Shown here: piece by piece, positions 1 through 9,875 of the stretch
Position numbering within the stretch: position 1 is the stretch's first letter
How the letters are laid out: the number at the start of each line of letters is the position of its first letter
Source: Escherichia phage BAU.Micro_ELP-22
Direction: 5' to 3' (one strand)
Sequence record: OR699282.2
Length of the DNA: 64,000 nt
Made by a program: the position numbers and the translations under genes
The notes under the pieces: generated by a model
Seen by the model: the letters and a program-made list of their open reading frames with translations, nothing else
What the model was told of the DNA's origin: nothing
Databases searched by the model: none

Positions 1-23
1 ATAAAAATAAAGATCCTGAATAA

Positions 24-242
24 ATGGAAAAATACGATATAATTTACGATTATTATGGTAAGGCTTATATGAAGTGTGGGCGTTATGTTGAACTCTCTAA
101 TAGAGAATCAATAGATCCCCACACTCTTATAACAATTCATAATTCGTACTATAAAAAAGTTACAATAGCTAATTTTGCAACATACGTAAATAATCCTTTA
201 TTTCCTTACATTATTCAGTACTACTGTAGAGTTATCAAATAA
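24..242 (+). CDS. hypothetical protein (72 aa)
   Basis: Six-frame ORF, same orientation and tight spacing with neighbours; no recognisable motif. Confidence 0.4.
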   Translation: MEKYDIIYDYYGKAYMKCGRYVELSNRESIDPHTLITIHNSYYKKVTIANFATYVNNPLFPYIIQYYCRVIK

Positions 243-253
243 GGTAAAAAGAA

Positions 254-664
254 ATGTTAGCTGATGAATTTATGTCACTAAGTATCAAGATATTTGATAT
301 ACTAGGTGATGAAACAGATTTCAATCTAAGCGACAAAGATATTCCATTGGAAGATGGTGGATACTTTTTTGCGATTGGAACTACGTATAATCTGGATCTT
401 TCAAAGCCTATCAGTGATGATAGTGATTATAATGCAACAACATATTTTGATTTCCAGCTTGATGGACATAAAGAGCGTTTACTAACGTACAGACGTAAAG
501 GTAGTTTCAATAGAACCGAGATTACAATAATGGATTTTGAAAAACGCATTGAACTAGCTAAGAAACATCCATTCATCAGTACTCATACATTTAATAGACT
601 AATCGATCTATTAGATAATTATCCATATACAATCCGAGGGTCGTTACGTTTAAATGCAGAATGA
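254..664 (+). CDS. hypothetical protein (136 aa)
   Basis: ORF in compact same-strand array; no motif recognised. Confidence 0.45.
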   Translation: MLADEFMSLSIKIFDILGDETDFNLSDKDIPLEDGGYFFAIGTTYNLDLSKPISDDSDYNATTYFDFQLDGHKERLLTYRRKGSFNRTEITIMDFEKRIELAKKHPFISTHTFNRLIDLLDNYPYTIRGSLRLNAE

Positions 665-839
665 AATCTTCAAAAAAGAATACGATGGTGAAAGTCTCTA
701 TGATATTCAAAGAGACGTACATGAAGCATTCGATTCAAGATTTAACCCATTAGCTGAACAAATCCCACAAGATGAGTTTGGTTTTCAGGAAGGCACTTTC
801 ACAGTGACTATTACATGGAGTCCAGATGAGACTAGCTAA
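654..839 (+). CDS. hypothetical protein (61 aa)
   Basis: ORF overlapping the upstream stop by 11 nt, typical phage coupling; no motif. Confidence 0.35.
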   Translation: MQNEIFKKEYDGESLYDIQRDVHEAFDSRFNPLAEQIPQDEFGFQEGTFTVTITWSPDETS

Positions 840-942
840 ACTTGTAATAGGTTGTAGTGCACTTGCTGCATATATGCTTTTTTCCGCACCAACCAATGTA
901 TTACTGTTAATTTGGGCAGTTGTTATATTAGCAGTACTTTAA
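826..942 (+). CDS. small hydrophobic protein (38 aa, one predicted TM helix)
   Basis: Own translation MRLAKLVIGCSALAAYMLFSAPTNVLLLIWAVVILAVL, below the ORF-track size cutoff; followed directly by a terminator hairpin. Confidence 0.25.
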   Translation: MRLAKLVIGCSALAAYMLFSAPTNVLLLIWAVVILAVL

Positions 943-969
943 AGCACCCTAGTGGTGCTTTTTCTATTT
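943..969 (+). terminator. intrinsic terminator (agcacc-ctagt-ggtgct + T-run)
   Basis: Perfect 6-bp inverted repeat followed by TTTTCTATTT. Confidence 0.5.
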
Positions 970-1101
970 GTGCAAATAAAAACCAATGTGACTTTTCCTT
1001 GATATAGGTCAAGAGAAATAACCTGTTCTGACGCTATAATGTTGTCTGGTGATATTAAATATCTTCACCCCCAGATGATTTCAAAATACAAGGAATGTAC
1101 A

Positions 1102-2907
1102 ATGCAATTAGATAAATTATATACTGACGTAACGAATTTCCTCAATCAGAGCAATACTGATCTTACCAACGAAAATGCGAACAAAGATGCGAAATGCGTC
1201 AATACACACAGGGATTTACTTGCAGGTATCCTATCTAAGCATTATTCACAAGATGTTATTCCAAATGAGCTAATGCAGTGGCATAATGATGGTTATGGTC
1301 ATATTCATGATTTAGACTACTATATCAGCCCATTAACCAACTGTTGCTTAGTTAACTACCCAGATATGCTAAAAAATGGATTTACCATTGGTTGTGCCAA
1401 AATTGAAGAACCAAAGAGTTTTAGTGTAGCATGTACAGTACTGACACAAATTGTTCAGGCTGTTGCTAGTTCCCAGTATGGTGGACAATCGTTGGCTCAT
1501 ATTGACGTTGGTCTTGAACCTTACGTTCAAAAGTCATGGGATAAGCTGTTAGAAAAACAAAAGAAATATAATCTAAGTGATGAATTCATTGAAGAAGAAC
1601 TACGAAAAGAAGTATACGATGGCTGTCAAACATTACTTTACCAAACTAATTCAATGATTAGTACTAATGGTCAAGCTGCATTTATTTCTCTTAGTTTAGG
1701 TCTTAATACTTCTAAATTTGGTAAATTAATTACTGAACAGTACTTAAAAGTTCATGAGAATGGTTTAGGTAAAGATAAGATTACTCCAGTGTTTCCTAAA
1801 GTTATTTTCTTTCTACAAGATGGTATAAACATGAATGCAAATGATAGCAATTATGACCTCAAACAGTTAGCTATGCGTTGTGCATCAAAAAGAATCTATC
1901 CAGATTTTGTTTCAGTACCATTAAATCACAAAGTGACTGGAAGTAGTAGTACTGCTGTAACACCGATGGGCTGTCGTTCATTCTTAGGAAAATGGGAAGA
2001 TTCAAATGGAAATGAACAATATAACGGTCGTTTCAATTTAGGCGTAGTTTCTATCAATTTACCTCTAATTGCTCTTGAGAGTGCTTCTGATGGAGAGTTT
2101 TTTGATAAGATAGACGAGCACATGAATATTGCATATCGTGCTCAGATGAACCGTGTGGAGCGTTTAAAAGGCACTAAAGCGAAGCAGAATCCAATTTTGT
2201 TCATGGAAGGTGCATTAGCACGTTTAGGTGCAGAAGAAACCATTGACAAGCTATTTTACAATGGTTATGCTAGTATTAGTATTGGTTATGTTGGTCTTGT
2301 TGAATGTTCAGAAATCCTCACTGGTTCTATCAGTAAGGAGTTTTGTATGTCAGTACTGAATTATATGAAAGTAAAATGTGATGAGTTCAAAAAAGAAAGT
2401 AATATTGCTTTTAGTCTATATGGAACTCCAGCAGAGTCGCTTTGTTATAAATTTGCACGTTGCATTGAAGCAAAATATCCTTCAGTACTAAAACGTGATT
2501 ACATCACAAATTCCTTCCATCAACCAGTATGGGTAGAAAGTTCTCCATTTGATAAATGGAGTTATGAAGAAGGGTTTGCTTACCTAAGTAACGGTGGAAA
2601 CATCAGTTATGTTGAATCTCCAAACTTAGCAAACAACATTCAAGCACTTGAAACATTAGTTAACTATGCGTACACTAAGATACCATATTTTGGTATTAAC
2701 CAACCAGTTGACCATTGTTATGAATGTGGCTTCCAGGGTGAGTTCAGTGTAGATAAACATGGTTTCCACTGTCCTGTATGTGATAATCGTAATGAGAAGA
2801 CAATCTCAGTGATTCGTCGTGTTTCTGGGTACTTGGGTAATCCTTCTTCGCGTGGCTTCAATAAAGGCAAGCAACAAGAGTGTTGTGAGCGTATTCAGCA
2901 CAAATAA
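1102..2907 (+). CDS. nrdD: anaerobic ribonucleoside-triphosphate reductase, class III (glycyl-radical enzyme)
   Basis: NENANKD, QRDLLAGI, PMGCRSF, CYECGF...CPVCD zinc site and C-terminal RRVSGYLGNP glycyl-radical motif, matching E. coli/T4 NrdD from memory. ORF track starts at 1039 overlapping a TATAAT; start moved to the Met at 1102, which has an AAGGA RBS 7 nt upstream. No ATP-cone, as in T4. Confidence 0.9.
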   Translation: MQLDKLYTDVTNFLNQSNTDLTNENANKDAKCVNTHRDLLAGILSKHYSQDVIPNELMQWHNDGYGHIHDLDYYISPLTNCCLVNYPDMLKNGFTIGCAKIEEPKSFSVACTVLTQIVQAVASSQYGGQSLAHIDVGLEPYVQKSWDKLLEKQKKYNLSDEFIEEELRKEVYDGCQTLLYQTNSMISTNGQAAFISLSLGLNTSKFGKLITEQYLKVHENGLGKDKITPVFPKVIFFLQDGINMNANDSNYDLKQLAMRCASKRIYPDFVSVPLNHKVTGSSSTAVTPMGCRSFLGKWEDSNGNEQYNGRFNLGVVSINLPLIALESASDGEFFDKIDEHMNIAYRAQMNRVERLKGTKAKQNPILFMEGALARLGAEETIDKLFYNGYASISIGYVGLVECSEILTGSISKEFCMSVLNYMKVKCDEFKKESNIAFSLYGTPAESLCYKFARCIEAKYPSVLKRDYITNSFHQPVWVESSPFDKWSYEEGFAYLSNGGNISYVESPNLANNIQALETLVNYAYTKIPYFGINQPVDHCYECGFQGEFSVDKHGFHCPVCDNRNEKTISVIRRVSGYLGNPSSRGFNKGKQQECCERIQHK

Positions 2908-2915
2908 GGTAAATT

Positions 2916-3248
2916 ATGGATTTAAAGCCAATTGTGGTTAACAAATACAAAGAACCGTATGATGTGTATATTGGACGTGGGTCTAAATGGGGAAACCCAT
3001 TTACCCATATTAAAGATAAACAAACCAAAGCCGAGTTCATTGTTAGTACAAGAGAAGAATCAATTGAAAAATTCAGAGAATACATTATTGAACGTATTTC
3101 TTGTGGAGAAGTTAAGATTGATGAATTACTTGAACTCGCAGGGAAACGCCTTGGTTGTTTCTGTAAACCAAAATCATGTCACGGCGATGTTCTTGTCGAA
3201 ATAGTGAGTGCAATATTAGATGAATTACCAGACGATAATCAAGGATGA
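2916..3248 (+). CDS. conserved small protein, DUF4326-like (YDVYIGRGSKWGNPF motif)
   Basis: Motif YDVYIGRGSKWGNPF...CFCKPKSCHGDVL recalled as DUF4326-type; sits between nrdD and nrdG; 3' end overlaps the nrdG start by 29 nt. Confidence 0.45.
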   Translation: MDLKPIVVNKYKEPYDVYIGRGSKWGNPFTHIKDKQTKAEFIVSTREESIEKFREYIIERISCGEVKIDELLELAGKRLGCFCKPKSCHGDVLVEIVSAILDELPDDNQG

Positions 3249-3690
3249 TTTAGTAAATGGAGAGGGCGTTCGCTGCTCTTTATTTGTTAGTGGGTGTTCG
3301 CACGGATGTGATGGTTGCTTCAATGAAGAAGCATGGGATTACAGAAGTGGTCAATTGTTCAGTACTGAAACAGTTGAGATTATACTACAGGAACTAAAAA
3401 AACCATATGTTAGTGGTTTGTCACTTCTAGGCGGCGATCCATTAATGAAAAAGAATATAGATGAAGTTTTAAATCTATGCAAAGTAGTTAAAGAAACTTA
3501 TCCTAGTAAAACTATTTGGTGCTGGAGTGGGTATACTTTAGATGAGATTATGAAAAATCATGCTAAAGATATACTTCAGTACTTAGATGTATTAGTTGAT
3601 GGTAAGTTTATTGAGTCCGAAAAGAATTTAAAATTACCTTTCCGTGGTTCAAATAATCAAAGAATACTATATAAAAATAAAGATTTTTAG
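3220..3690 (+). CDS. nrdG: anaerobic ribonucleotide reductase activating protein (radical SAM)
   Basis: N-terminus MNYQ...VNGEGVRCSLFVSGCSHGCDGCFN with a CxxxCxxC-type cluster; 156 aa, same length and N-terminus pattern as T4 NrdG from memory. Confidence 0.85.
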   Translation: MNYQTIIKDDLVNGEGVRCSLFVSGCSHGCDGCFNEEAWDYRSGQLFSTETVEIILQELKKPYVSGLSLLGGDPLMKKNIDEVLNLCKVVKETYPSKTIWCWSGYTLDEIMKNHAKDILQYLDVLVDGKFIESEKNLKLPFRGSNNQRILYKNKDF

Positions 3691-3694
3691 CATA

Positions 3695-3718
3695 AGCACC
3701 CGTTGGGTGCTTTTTTAT
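3695..3718 (+). terminator. intrinsic terminator (agcaccc-gtt-gggtgct + TTTTTT)
   Basis: 7-bp perfect stem plus T-run immediately after the nrdG stop. Confidence 0.6.
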
Positions 3719-3724
3719 TATGTA

Positions 3725-3732
3725 TATAAATA
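3725..3732 (+). promoter_or_regulatory. T4-type late promoter box TATAAATA
   Basis: Exact TATAAATA about 35 nt upstream of the first large structural gene (3767). Confidence 0.4.
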
Positions 3733-3766
3733 CATTAACTAATATCTAATTTATAAGGGATATATA

Positions 3767-6463
3767 ATGTCAAAGAAAATATATGGTGGCTTAGATGTCA
3801 CACATAATGTGACAGTTAATGGTAAAAGAACAATTCAAGGAATAAATGAACAAGTTTTTGATTCCAACGGTAACTTGGAATTAGATACTTATTCCAGAGA
3901 TGAAGTACTAGATATAGTAAGTATGATGCCAATCTCCCATTATGGTTCACAAAACTATCTACCTGCGGGTGTTTCTGGGGATTTCAATGGTGCATCAGAA
4001 AACCAGTCACAACGTAGAAATAAAATTTTATTAGAAAACGATGGTACACTAGTACTTTTACGTAGTGGGACAAACGGTAGTGTTGAGGGATTATTTTATT
4101 CATATTTGGCTAACGCATTATCAGTTGATGACATGAGCCGTACAATTAACACCAGTCGTCAATACAAGCCTGGGTTTTTTGGTTCAAATAGAGTTGCGAT
4201 TGGTTTATACAATACTGATCCAAATATTTTACTCGGTAGATATATTGATACTTCTAACAGTACTAATGGTTTGTTCATATCAATTACCAATGGTACATTA
4301 GATGATAAATTGCATACTGGTTTTTTCGTTAACCAAGCAGATATATCACCTGAAGGTGGTATTGAATATGCTATGATGGCAGAAGATGGTTCTATATATG
4401 TTTTTAACGTACTTAATGAAAATAACCAACTACAATTAGTTGTTGTTAAAGTTGTTTATAATATAAGCAATGGTACTTATACTGCAACTCGAATTACTGG
4501 ATGGACTACTAAAACATTTTATAACACAACTTATTCTGCACAAAATAATATGGTTATTACTAATCAGGTAACATCAACAAATATTGCTGATAAACCTTAT
4601 GTGTATGTTCCACAAAATCTACGTGGTATTGGGATTTACATGACATCAATTGATTTATATGTTGCACAGCAGCCAGGAACGCAGAATTTCCGCTTTAGAA
4701 TGAACGGGGACGCTTGGTTTACAATGGCAACATATAATACACGTCCACAGCATAGTTACAGTTTTGTGTTCAATATGAGTACTAAACAATGTACATTAGA
4801 TGCAGGTAACGATATTGGTTCATATCAAGCACCATTAGTTATAACTAATACTGGTTCGGCATTAGTTCCTACTGGTAACGTTTTAAATAACGATCCATTG
4901 TATAACCATGCAAATGCAAGAAACATTTATAGTTCATATTTTTATTTGAATTCTGGTGAAGCTTTTTGTACTGCATGTCCAAACTTAGCAGAACCATTAC
5001 TTATGCAAAAAGCTAAGTTTCCTATTCAAATAGTTTATAGTATGCTGAATGTCCGTGCTGTACTTTCTACTGACTTCAAAGGTGGTATAGTTCGCCCGTC
5101 TTTTGGTTCAGCGGTTGGTTCATTTATTAATGGTGTAGAATTACTACCAGATAACAGTACTAAACAATATTCACGTGCATCAGGTAGTGGTGGATTTAGA
5201 CCATCATATGCAGTTCATAAAAGTACTCCTAATTTTACATTTAAATCATTATCTTTAGGAACAATACAAGGTTATGAACCTACAGTTGAACGTGCTAATG
5301 TTGATGATAATGCAAATAATAGAATTTTTATTAGTAGTATTTCTGGGTCAACTGTCACAACCAATGGTGGTATTTTTATGGTTGGGCAACGTTATTCACA
5401 ATCATTATCCTATGATAAAAACTTAAATGGCACAGGAATTATAAGCGTTACACAATCAGTACTGGACAATTTTAGAAATACTGAATATGCCAAAGTTCTA
5501 AGTGATTGGAATTTATCAGCACAAGCATACCGTGATATGACACTATTTGTTCCACAACAAACAGACATTCCAGCTTTTGTTATGTTGAGTACAATTACTA
5601 ATGATTATAGAAACTATATTAGAATTGCTGAAGTTAATGTCAATACTAGAGTTGGTAATATTACATCTATTACATTTAAGCGTTTAGTACTTGAGAATAC
5701 GTATGGTGATAACTTTACACCAACTGGGAATGGTTCGATTGCATCTTCTTCTGTTGGTTTGACAATATATGATGGTGGTTCATTCTACTTCATTGGTGGT
5801 TCTGACCCATTATCACATCCAACAATAGGTAATACTGCAACTCATCAATTTAGAGCATATGTAACTAAATCAACTGCACAATTTACAAGTTTTATAATTA
5901 CTGGTTCTCATGCCAGTTATGAACAAGGAAGTCAACCAGCAGCATTACCTGGTATTGGTTTTGGAATTTTTGAACCAATTGATTACTCAAATAAAATGAC
6001 ATTCAAAAAATATGGAACAACGATTGCAGACTATAATAACTGGACTGCACAAGGTAGCCCAATTAACGTAGTATCCCAGGACGTTGCTCAAGGGTTTATT
6101 GTATATTTTACAGAGGAAACACCAGTTATTCTTTCAGGTAAGTCATTTTCACTACCAGTTTCAAATATTGATTTGAGAACTATTAAGTCTAATCCAGCAA
6201 ATACAACATTTTATGTATATGTTAAATTGGAACAAGGATTGGCAAACTATTACATAACTACTGATGTTATTTCTGAAACAGGAACAACTGCATATAATAT
6301 TTTTTGGATAGGTACAATTCAAACTAATGCAATTCAAATCGAAACAATTAATATACAAAAACGTTCCCGTTTAGATATATTTGGTGCTTCACTTGAATCA
6401 GCAGGTTCATCGTTCCCAGTTAGCTACGGTCTACCATCACAAACAGGAACCATAAACTGGTAA
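3767..6463 (+). CDS. large virion fibre/adhesin-like protein, paralog 1 (898 aa)
   Basis: Long Ser/Thr/Asn/Gly-rich ORF; shares an N-terminal motif (RDEVLDIVSMMPISHYG, LRSGTNGS) and a C-terminal module (VVSQDVAQGF...KSNPANTTFY...SSFPVS.G.PS.TGT..W) with 6475 and 7079. Confidence 0.6.
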   Translation: MSKKIYGGLDVTHNVTVNGKRTIQGINEQVFDSNGNLELDTYSRDEVLDIVSMMPISHYGSQNYLPAGVSGDFNGASENQSQRRNKILLENDGTLVLLRSGTNGSVEGLFYSYLANALSVDDMSRTINTSRQYKPGFFGSNRVAIGLYNTDPNILLGRYIDTSNSTNGLFISITNGTLDDKLHTGFFVNQADISPEGGIEYAMMAEDGSIYVFNVLNENNQLQLVVVKVVYNISNGTYTATRITGWTTKTFYNTTYSAQNNMVITNQVTSTNIADKPYVYVPQNLRGIGIYMTSIDLYVAQQPGTQNFRFRMNGDAWFTMATYNTRPQHSYSFVFNMSTKQCTLDAGNDIGSYQAPLVITNTGSALVPTGNVLNNDPLYNHANARNIYSSYFYLNSGEAFCTACPNLAEPLLMQKAKFPIQIVYSMLNVRAVLSTDFKGGIVRPSFGSAVGSFINGVELLPDNSTKQYSRASGSGGFRPSYAVHKSTPNFTFKSLSLGTIQGYEPTVERANVDDNANNRIFISSISGSTVTTNGGIFMVGQRYSQSLSYDKNLNGTGIISVTQSVLDNFRNTEYAKVLSDWNLSAQAYRDMTLFVPQQTDIPAFVMLSTITNDYRNYIRIAEVNVNTRVGNITSITFKRLVLENTYGDNFTPTGNGSIASSSVGLTIYDGGSFYFIGGSDPLSHPTIGNTATHQFRAYVTKSTAQFTSFIITGSHASYEQGSQPAALPGIGFGIFEPIDYSNKMTFKKYGTTIADYNNWTAQGSPINVVSQDVAQGFIVYFTEETPVILSGKSFSLPVSNIDLRTIKSNPANTTFYVYVKLEQGLANYYITTDVISETGTTAYNIFWIGTIQTNAIQIETINIQKRSRLDIFGASLESAGSSFPVSYGLPSQTGTINW

Positions 6464-6474
6464 AGGATTACATA

Positions 6475-7062
6475 ATGGCATATAAAATAAGAGCAGACCT
6501 TAAGGCAATGCAACAAGTTACAGTTCAGGGTAAAAGTACTGGTCTTGGTGTATTAGGTAATAATATGACTTATTACCCAACAAATTCAAATGGGGAATGT
6601 ACATTCCCCTCTATTACCAAAGATGAAGTTAACTTTATTGTCAATGGATTACCACTTACACAATACGGAGAATTGTATGATGACGCTAGTCTAAATATTA
6701 CTTCATCAGGCTATAGTCTTACATTTAACAGACAGATACCATCATTTATTGGTGGTTATCTTTATAAATTTCCAGCAGTTTCTATTTTTGCTTCAACTGT
6801 TTCATCTGGAACACAAACACAATACGTATATGCAACGTTAGTTCTCGGTGAACCAATTTATAAAATATCACCAACACAAATACAAGAATCTGAAATTATA
6901 ATGTTTATTGGTACTCTGACCGTTGGTACAAGTGGTATTACAAATATAAACATTAATAAAGTATCCAGATTTAGTACATATAGACCTAGTGTTACACAAA
7001 AAGGTTCTTCATTCCCAGTCAGTACTGGAAAACCATCAGAAACTGGTACAATTGGTTGGTAA
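6475..7062 (+). CDS. short paralog (195 aa) carrying the N- and C-terminal modules of the flanking fibre-like proteins
   Basis: TKDEVNFIVNGLPLTQYG near the N-terminus and ...RPSVTQKGSSFPVSTGKPSETGTIGW at the C-terminus. Confidence 0.5.
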   Translation: MAYKIRADLKAMQQVTVQGKSTGLGVLGNNMTYYPTNSNGECTFPSITKDEVNFIVNGLPLTQYGELYDDASLNITSSGYSLTFNRQIPSFIGGYLYKFPAVSIFASTVSSGTQTQYVYATLVLGEPIYKISPTQIQESEIIMFIGTLTVGTSGITNININKVSRFSTYRPSVTQKGSSFPVSTGKPSETGTIGW

Positions 7063-7078
7063 ATTAAGGAAAAGAAAG

Positions 7079-9808
7079 ATGTCATCAAAACGAATTATAG
7101 GAAGTGCCGAGATCCTTGGGAACTTGGCAATTGGACAAAGGTACGCTATGCGTACTTTTAATGGAACCTCACCGAATGCCAATACTGGAATTGTTCAATA
7201 TCCAATATATAAGCGTTCAGAAGTTCAAAGTATTTTAGATATGTTGCCTATATCACGTGTAGGAGAAATGGATTACTTACCATTAAACGTAAGTGGGTCG
7301 TATGAAGGTGCTACACCTATGTCAAGTGACCAAGTAGTTCAGCCAACAATTATTGAAGATGATGGAACCGCCGTTGTTCTGCGTAGCGGAACCAATGGTA
7401 GTACTAAAGGTTTTTATTATTCATTTATACGAGAAATCAGAAATATAACTATGATTTCACAAGAAAGTGTTATTTCAACCAATTCAATGTATAAACCTTC
7501 AATTATGAGTAGTACTGAAAATATTAAGTATTTTATTGGCTCTAATGGTTATGAGATGCTTGGATGTTTAAGTACTGAAGATAATTATATTTTTACTATA
7601 ACCAATGGCACATTTAACGAAATATCACATATTCATGCTAAAGTGCCAAGTACTTCTTTTGGTAATGATATGCCAATATATACACATATTGTTGGGACAA
7701 AGGTTTATATTTGGTGTAAAGATAAAAGTGTTTCTAATTTAGGATTAGCACTTTCAATTTATACAGTAGAGCTAAGTGATGTGAAAGCAAGCTCAATGGC
7801 ATCATTAACAAAAGTTACTGGGTTATCAGGTCAAACTGTTCGAAACACAAGTTATTCTGCATCTAATAACATAAGAGTGTTCGATAAATTATATAGTGTT
7901 GGTACTAGCTCGGATTCATTATTCGAAGTTACATCACCAGTATCACGTGTAGAATTTTCAGACTATACAGACTTTAACATTCAAGCCAACGTTAGTCCTG
8001 ATTTATCAAAAATACGTGTAACTTTATATCCAACACATCGAATGGTTACACCTTTGTATATTTCAACAGTTTATGGTACTGGAATCAGTTTTGTTTATAA
8101 TATAAACTCAAAATCTATGTCACTAGATGGTAGTGCTCGTGCACCTGCAACTGTTTCATATAATAATGGATTTCAAGTTTCTAACCCATTTGAAATTAAT
8201 ATGGTCAACTTCACAGGGACAACTGCTGCTGGTGTATTAGGAAACGCAGGTGGTTTATGTCAAACTAAAGATGGTTTGGTATTTGCATCTAAATTTAGAT
8301 GGAGTTCAACTGAATTTTATGGTCTACAACGATATAAGGTTAGTGGTACACCGTTTGATTCATGGGTTGCCAGTACTAGAACCGCAAGTAACGTTATAAA
8401 TGCAAACGTTTTACCAGTTTTTGGTAGTGCTGTTGGTGCAAACCTTTTAGGTGTACGTTTCATCGATAATAGAAAAATATTATTAGCATGTTCTGGTACG
8501 TATGATGATGTAACATATAATTATAATAATACTGTTTTTTCTGAAATAGGTTCACAACCAACATATCAATATAACTCAGTTCAAAATAATACTACATTAA
8601 ATGGTTTTGCACCACAATCTAATCGTAAACAAATAGGCGATGATTTTACATACACTGCTATGATTTCTCTTGTTGATACCGATGGTAGTGTTAGATGCTA
8701 TGGAACATCATTCATTGAAGGTGTATATAAAACAAGTGGTGGATTATTAAATCCAGATACTTTAGAATTTGATGAAACATATACAATAGAACCAACGGTA
8801 TTAGAATCATTAAAACAAGATATTTTTGCTAATATAGGAAACTCTGGCATTGTTGGTACACTATCTGGACAAATTGTATTATATTATGTACCTGATAATA
8901 CTTTTTCTAAATCCATCGCAGTAGTTTCAGCATATAATCTTAACAATAACCAAGGTTATGCAATCTATGCCGAAGTTGATGTTGTATTATCTGGAACTAA
9001 CATAACTTCAGCTACATTGGTGAGTACTAGATATGAAACACTGAGTTCTGTTACAGGAATTATTACTGAAGCATATATGAAACGTTGTACTGGTCTAACA
9101 GTTGCAAAATATTCAGGATTTGGTTACATTGGTGTTGATGCCGTTCATCAATTTTCACAACCAGGTAATGCACAATTTAAGATGATGATAGCTAAAACAG
9201 TAGATGGTGTCATAACATCAAATCGTTTTTTATCATCTAGTTACATCCAACTTGGTGCAGCATATCAACATGGTGTTATTCCTGGTGTTGGTTTTGGATA
9301 TTACAATTTTCAAGATTCTGACTATCAAACCAAATCTGTATTCAGCGTTTTTGGTACAACATCTGCTGAAATGGATGGTTTAATTAGTGGAAATGGTAGC
9401 GTTAAAGAAAAGATTGTGGTAGTATCACAAGACGTTGCACAAGGATTCTCAGTGTACTTTACACGTGAAGTTCCGGTGTTTTTAGGTGGAATTTTCGACA
9501 GACTACCTATACAAAGTGTTGATTTAAGTACTGTAAAAAGTAACCCAGCTAATACTACGTTCTATTTGTATATACAAATGAACAGGAATACTAAGAAAGC
9601 GTCATATGTTATTAGTACTGAAACAATTGATGAATCTTTAACTAGCACTTACATTGGTAAGATAGTTACTGGAACTTCAGGAATAACTTCAATTGATACA
9701 GAAAAAGTAACTCGTTTTTTGACATATCGTCCAAGTACAACGAAACGTGGTTCAGCGATACCTGCCAGTACTGGTGTACCATCAGGTCCAGGTACACGTT
9801 GGAAATAA
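7079..9808 (+). CDS. large virion fibre/adhesin-like protein, paralog 2 (about 909 aa)
   Basis: ORF track starts at 6989 overlapping the previous gene; start moved to Met 7079 with AGGA RBS. Shares KRSEVQSILDMLPISRVG, LRSGTNGS and the C-terminal VVVSQDVAQGF...KSNPANTTFY...TGVPSGPGTRWK module. Confidence 0.6.
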   Translation: MSSKRIIGSAEILGNLAIGQRYAMRTFNGTSPNANTGIVQYPIYKRSEVQSILDMLPISRVGEMDYLPLNVSGSYEGATPMSSDQVVQPTIIEDDGTAVVLRSGTNGSTKGFYYSFIREIRNITMISQESVISTNSMYKPSIMSSTENIKYFIGSNGYEMLGCLSTEDNYIFTITNGTFNEISHIHAKVPSTSFGNDMPIYTHIVGTKVYIWCKDKSVSNLGLALSIYTVELSDVKASSMASLTKVTGLSGQTVRNTSYSASNNIRVFDKLYSVGTSSDSLFEVTSPVSRVEFSDYTDFNIQANVSPDLSKIRVTLYPTHRMVTPLYISTVYGTGISFVYNINSKSMSLDGSARAPATVSYNNGFQVSNPFEINMVNFTGTTAAGVLGNAGGLCQTKDGLVFASKFRWSSTEFYGLQRYKVSGTPFDSWVASTRTASNVINANVLPVFGSAVGANLLGVRFIDNRKILLACSGTYDDVTYNYNNTVFSEIGSQPTYQYNSVQNNTTLNGFAPQSNRKQIGDDFTYTAMISLVDTDGSVRCYGTSFIEGVYKTSGGLLNPDTLEFDETYTIEPTVLESLKQDIFANIGNSGIVGTLSGQIVLYYVPDNTFSKSIAVVSAYNLNNNQGYAIYAEVDVVLSGTNITSATLVSTRYETLSSVTGIITEAYMKRCTGLTVAKYSGFGYIGVDAVHQFSQPGNAQFKMMIAKTVDGVITSNRFLSSSYIQLGAAYQHGVIPGVGFGYYNFQDSDYQTKSVFSVFGTTSAEMDGLISGNGSVKEKIVVVSQDVAQGFSVYFTREVPVFLGGIFDRLPIQSVDLSTVKSNPANTTFYLYIQMNRNTKKASYVISTETIDESLTSTYIGKIVTGTSGITSIDTEKVTRFLTYRPSTTKRGSAIPASTGVPSGPGTRWK

Positions 9809-9813
9809 ATTTA

Positions 9814-9842
9814 AAGCTCGTCTATTGACGGGCTTTTCTTTT
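9814..9842 (+). terminator. intrinsic terminator (gctcgtc-tatt-gacgggc + T-run)
   Basis: Stem with one G-U pair followed by TTTTCTTTT after the 7079 gene. Confidence 0.45.
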
Positions 9843-9853
9843 ATGTGTATAAT
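9825..9853 (+). promoter_or_regulatory. sigma70-like promoter (TTGACG-17-TATAAT)
   Basis: -35 TTGACG embedded in the terminator stem, 17-nt spacer, -10 TATAAT; AGGAGG RBS before the 9876 ATG. Confidence 0.35.
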
Positions 9854-9875
9854 TGAATAAAAATAGGAGGAAATT

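Noticed and set aside
1926-2123. Minus-strand ORF inside nrdD
   Set aside because: Antisense to a confidently identified gene; no signals.
2932-3204. Alternative-frame ORF (90 aa) overlapping the DUF4326-like gene
   Set aside because: Nested in another frame of a gene with a recognisable conserved motif; low-complexity translation.
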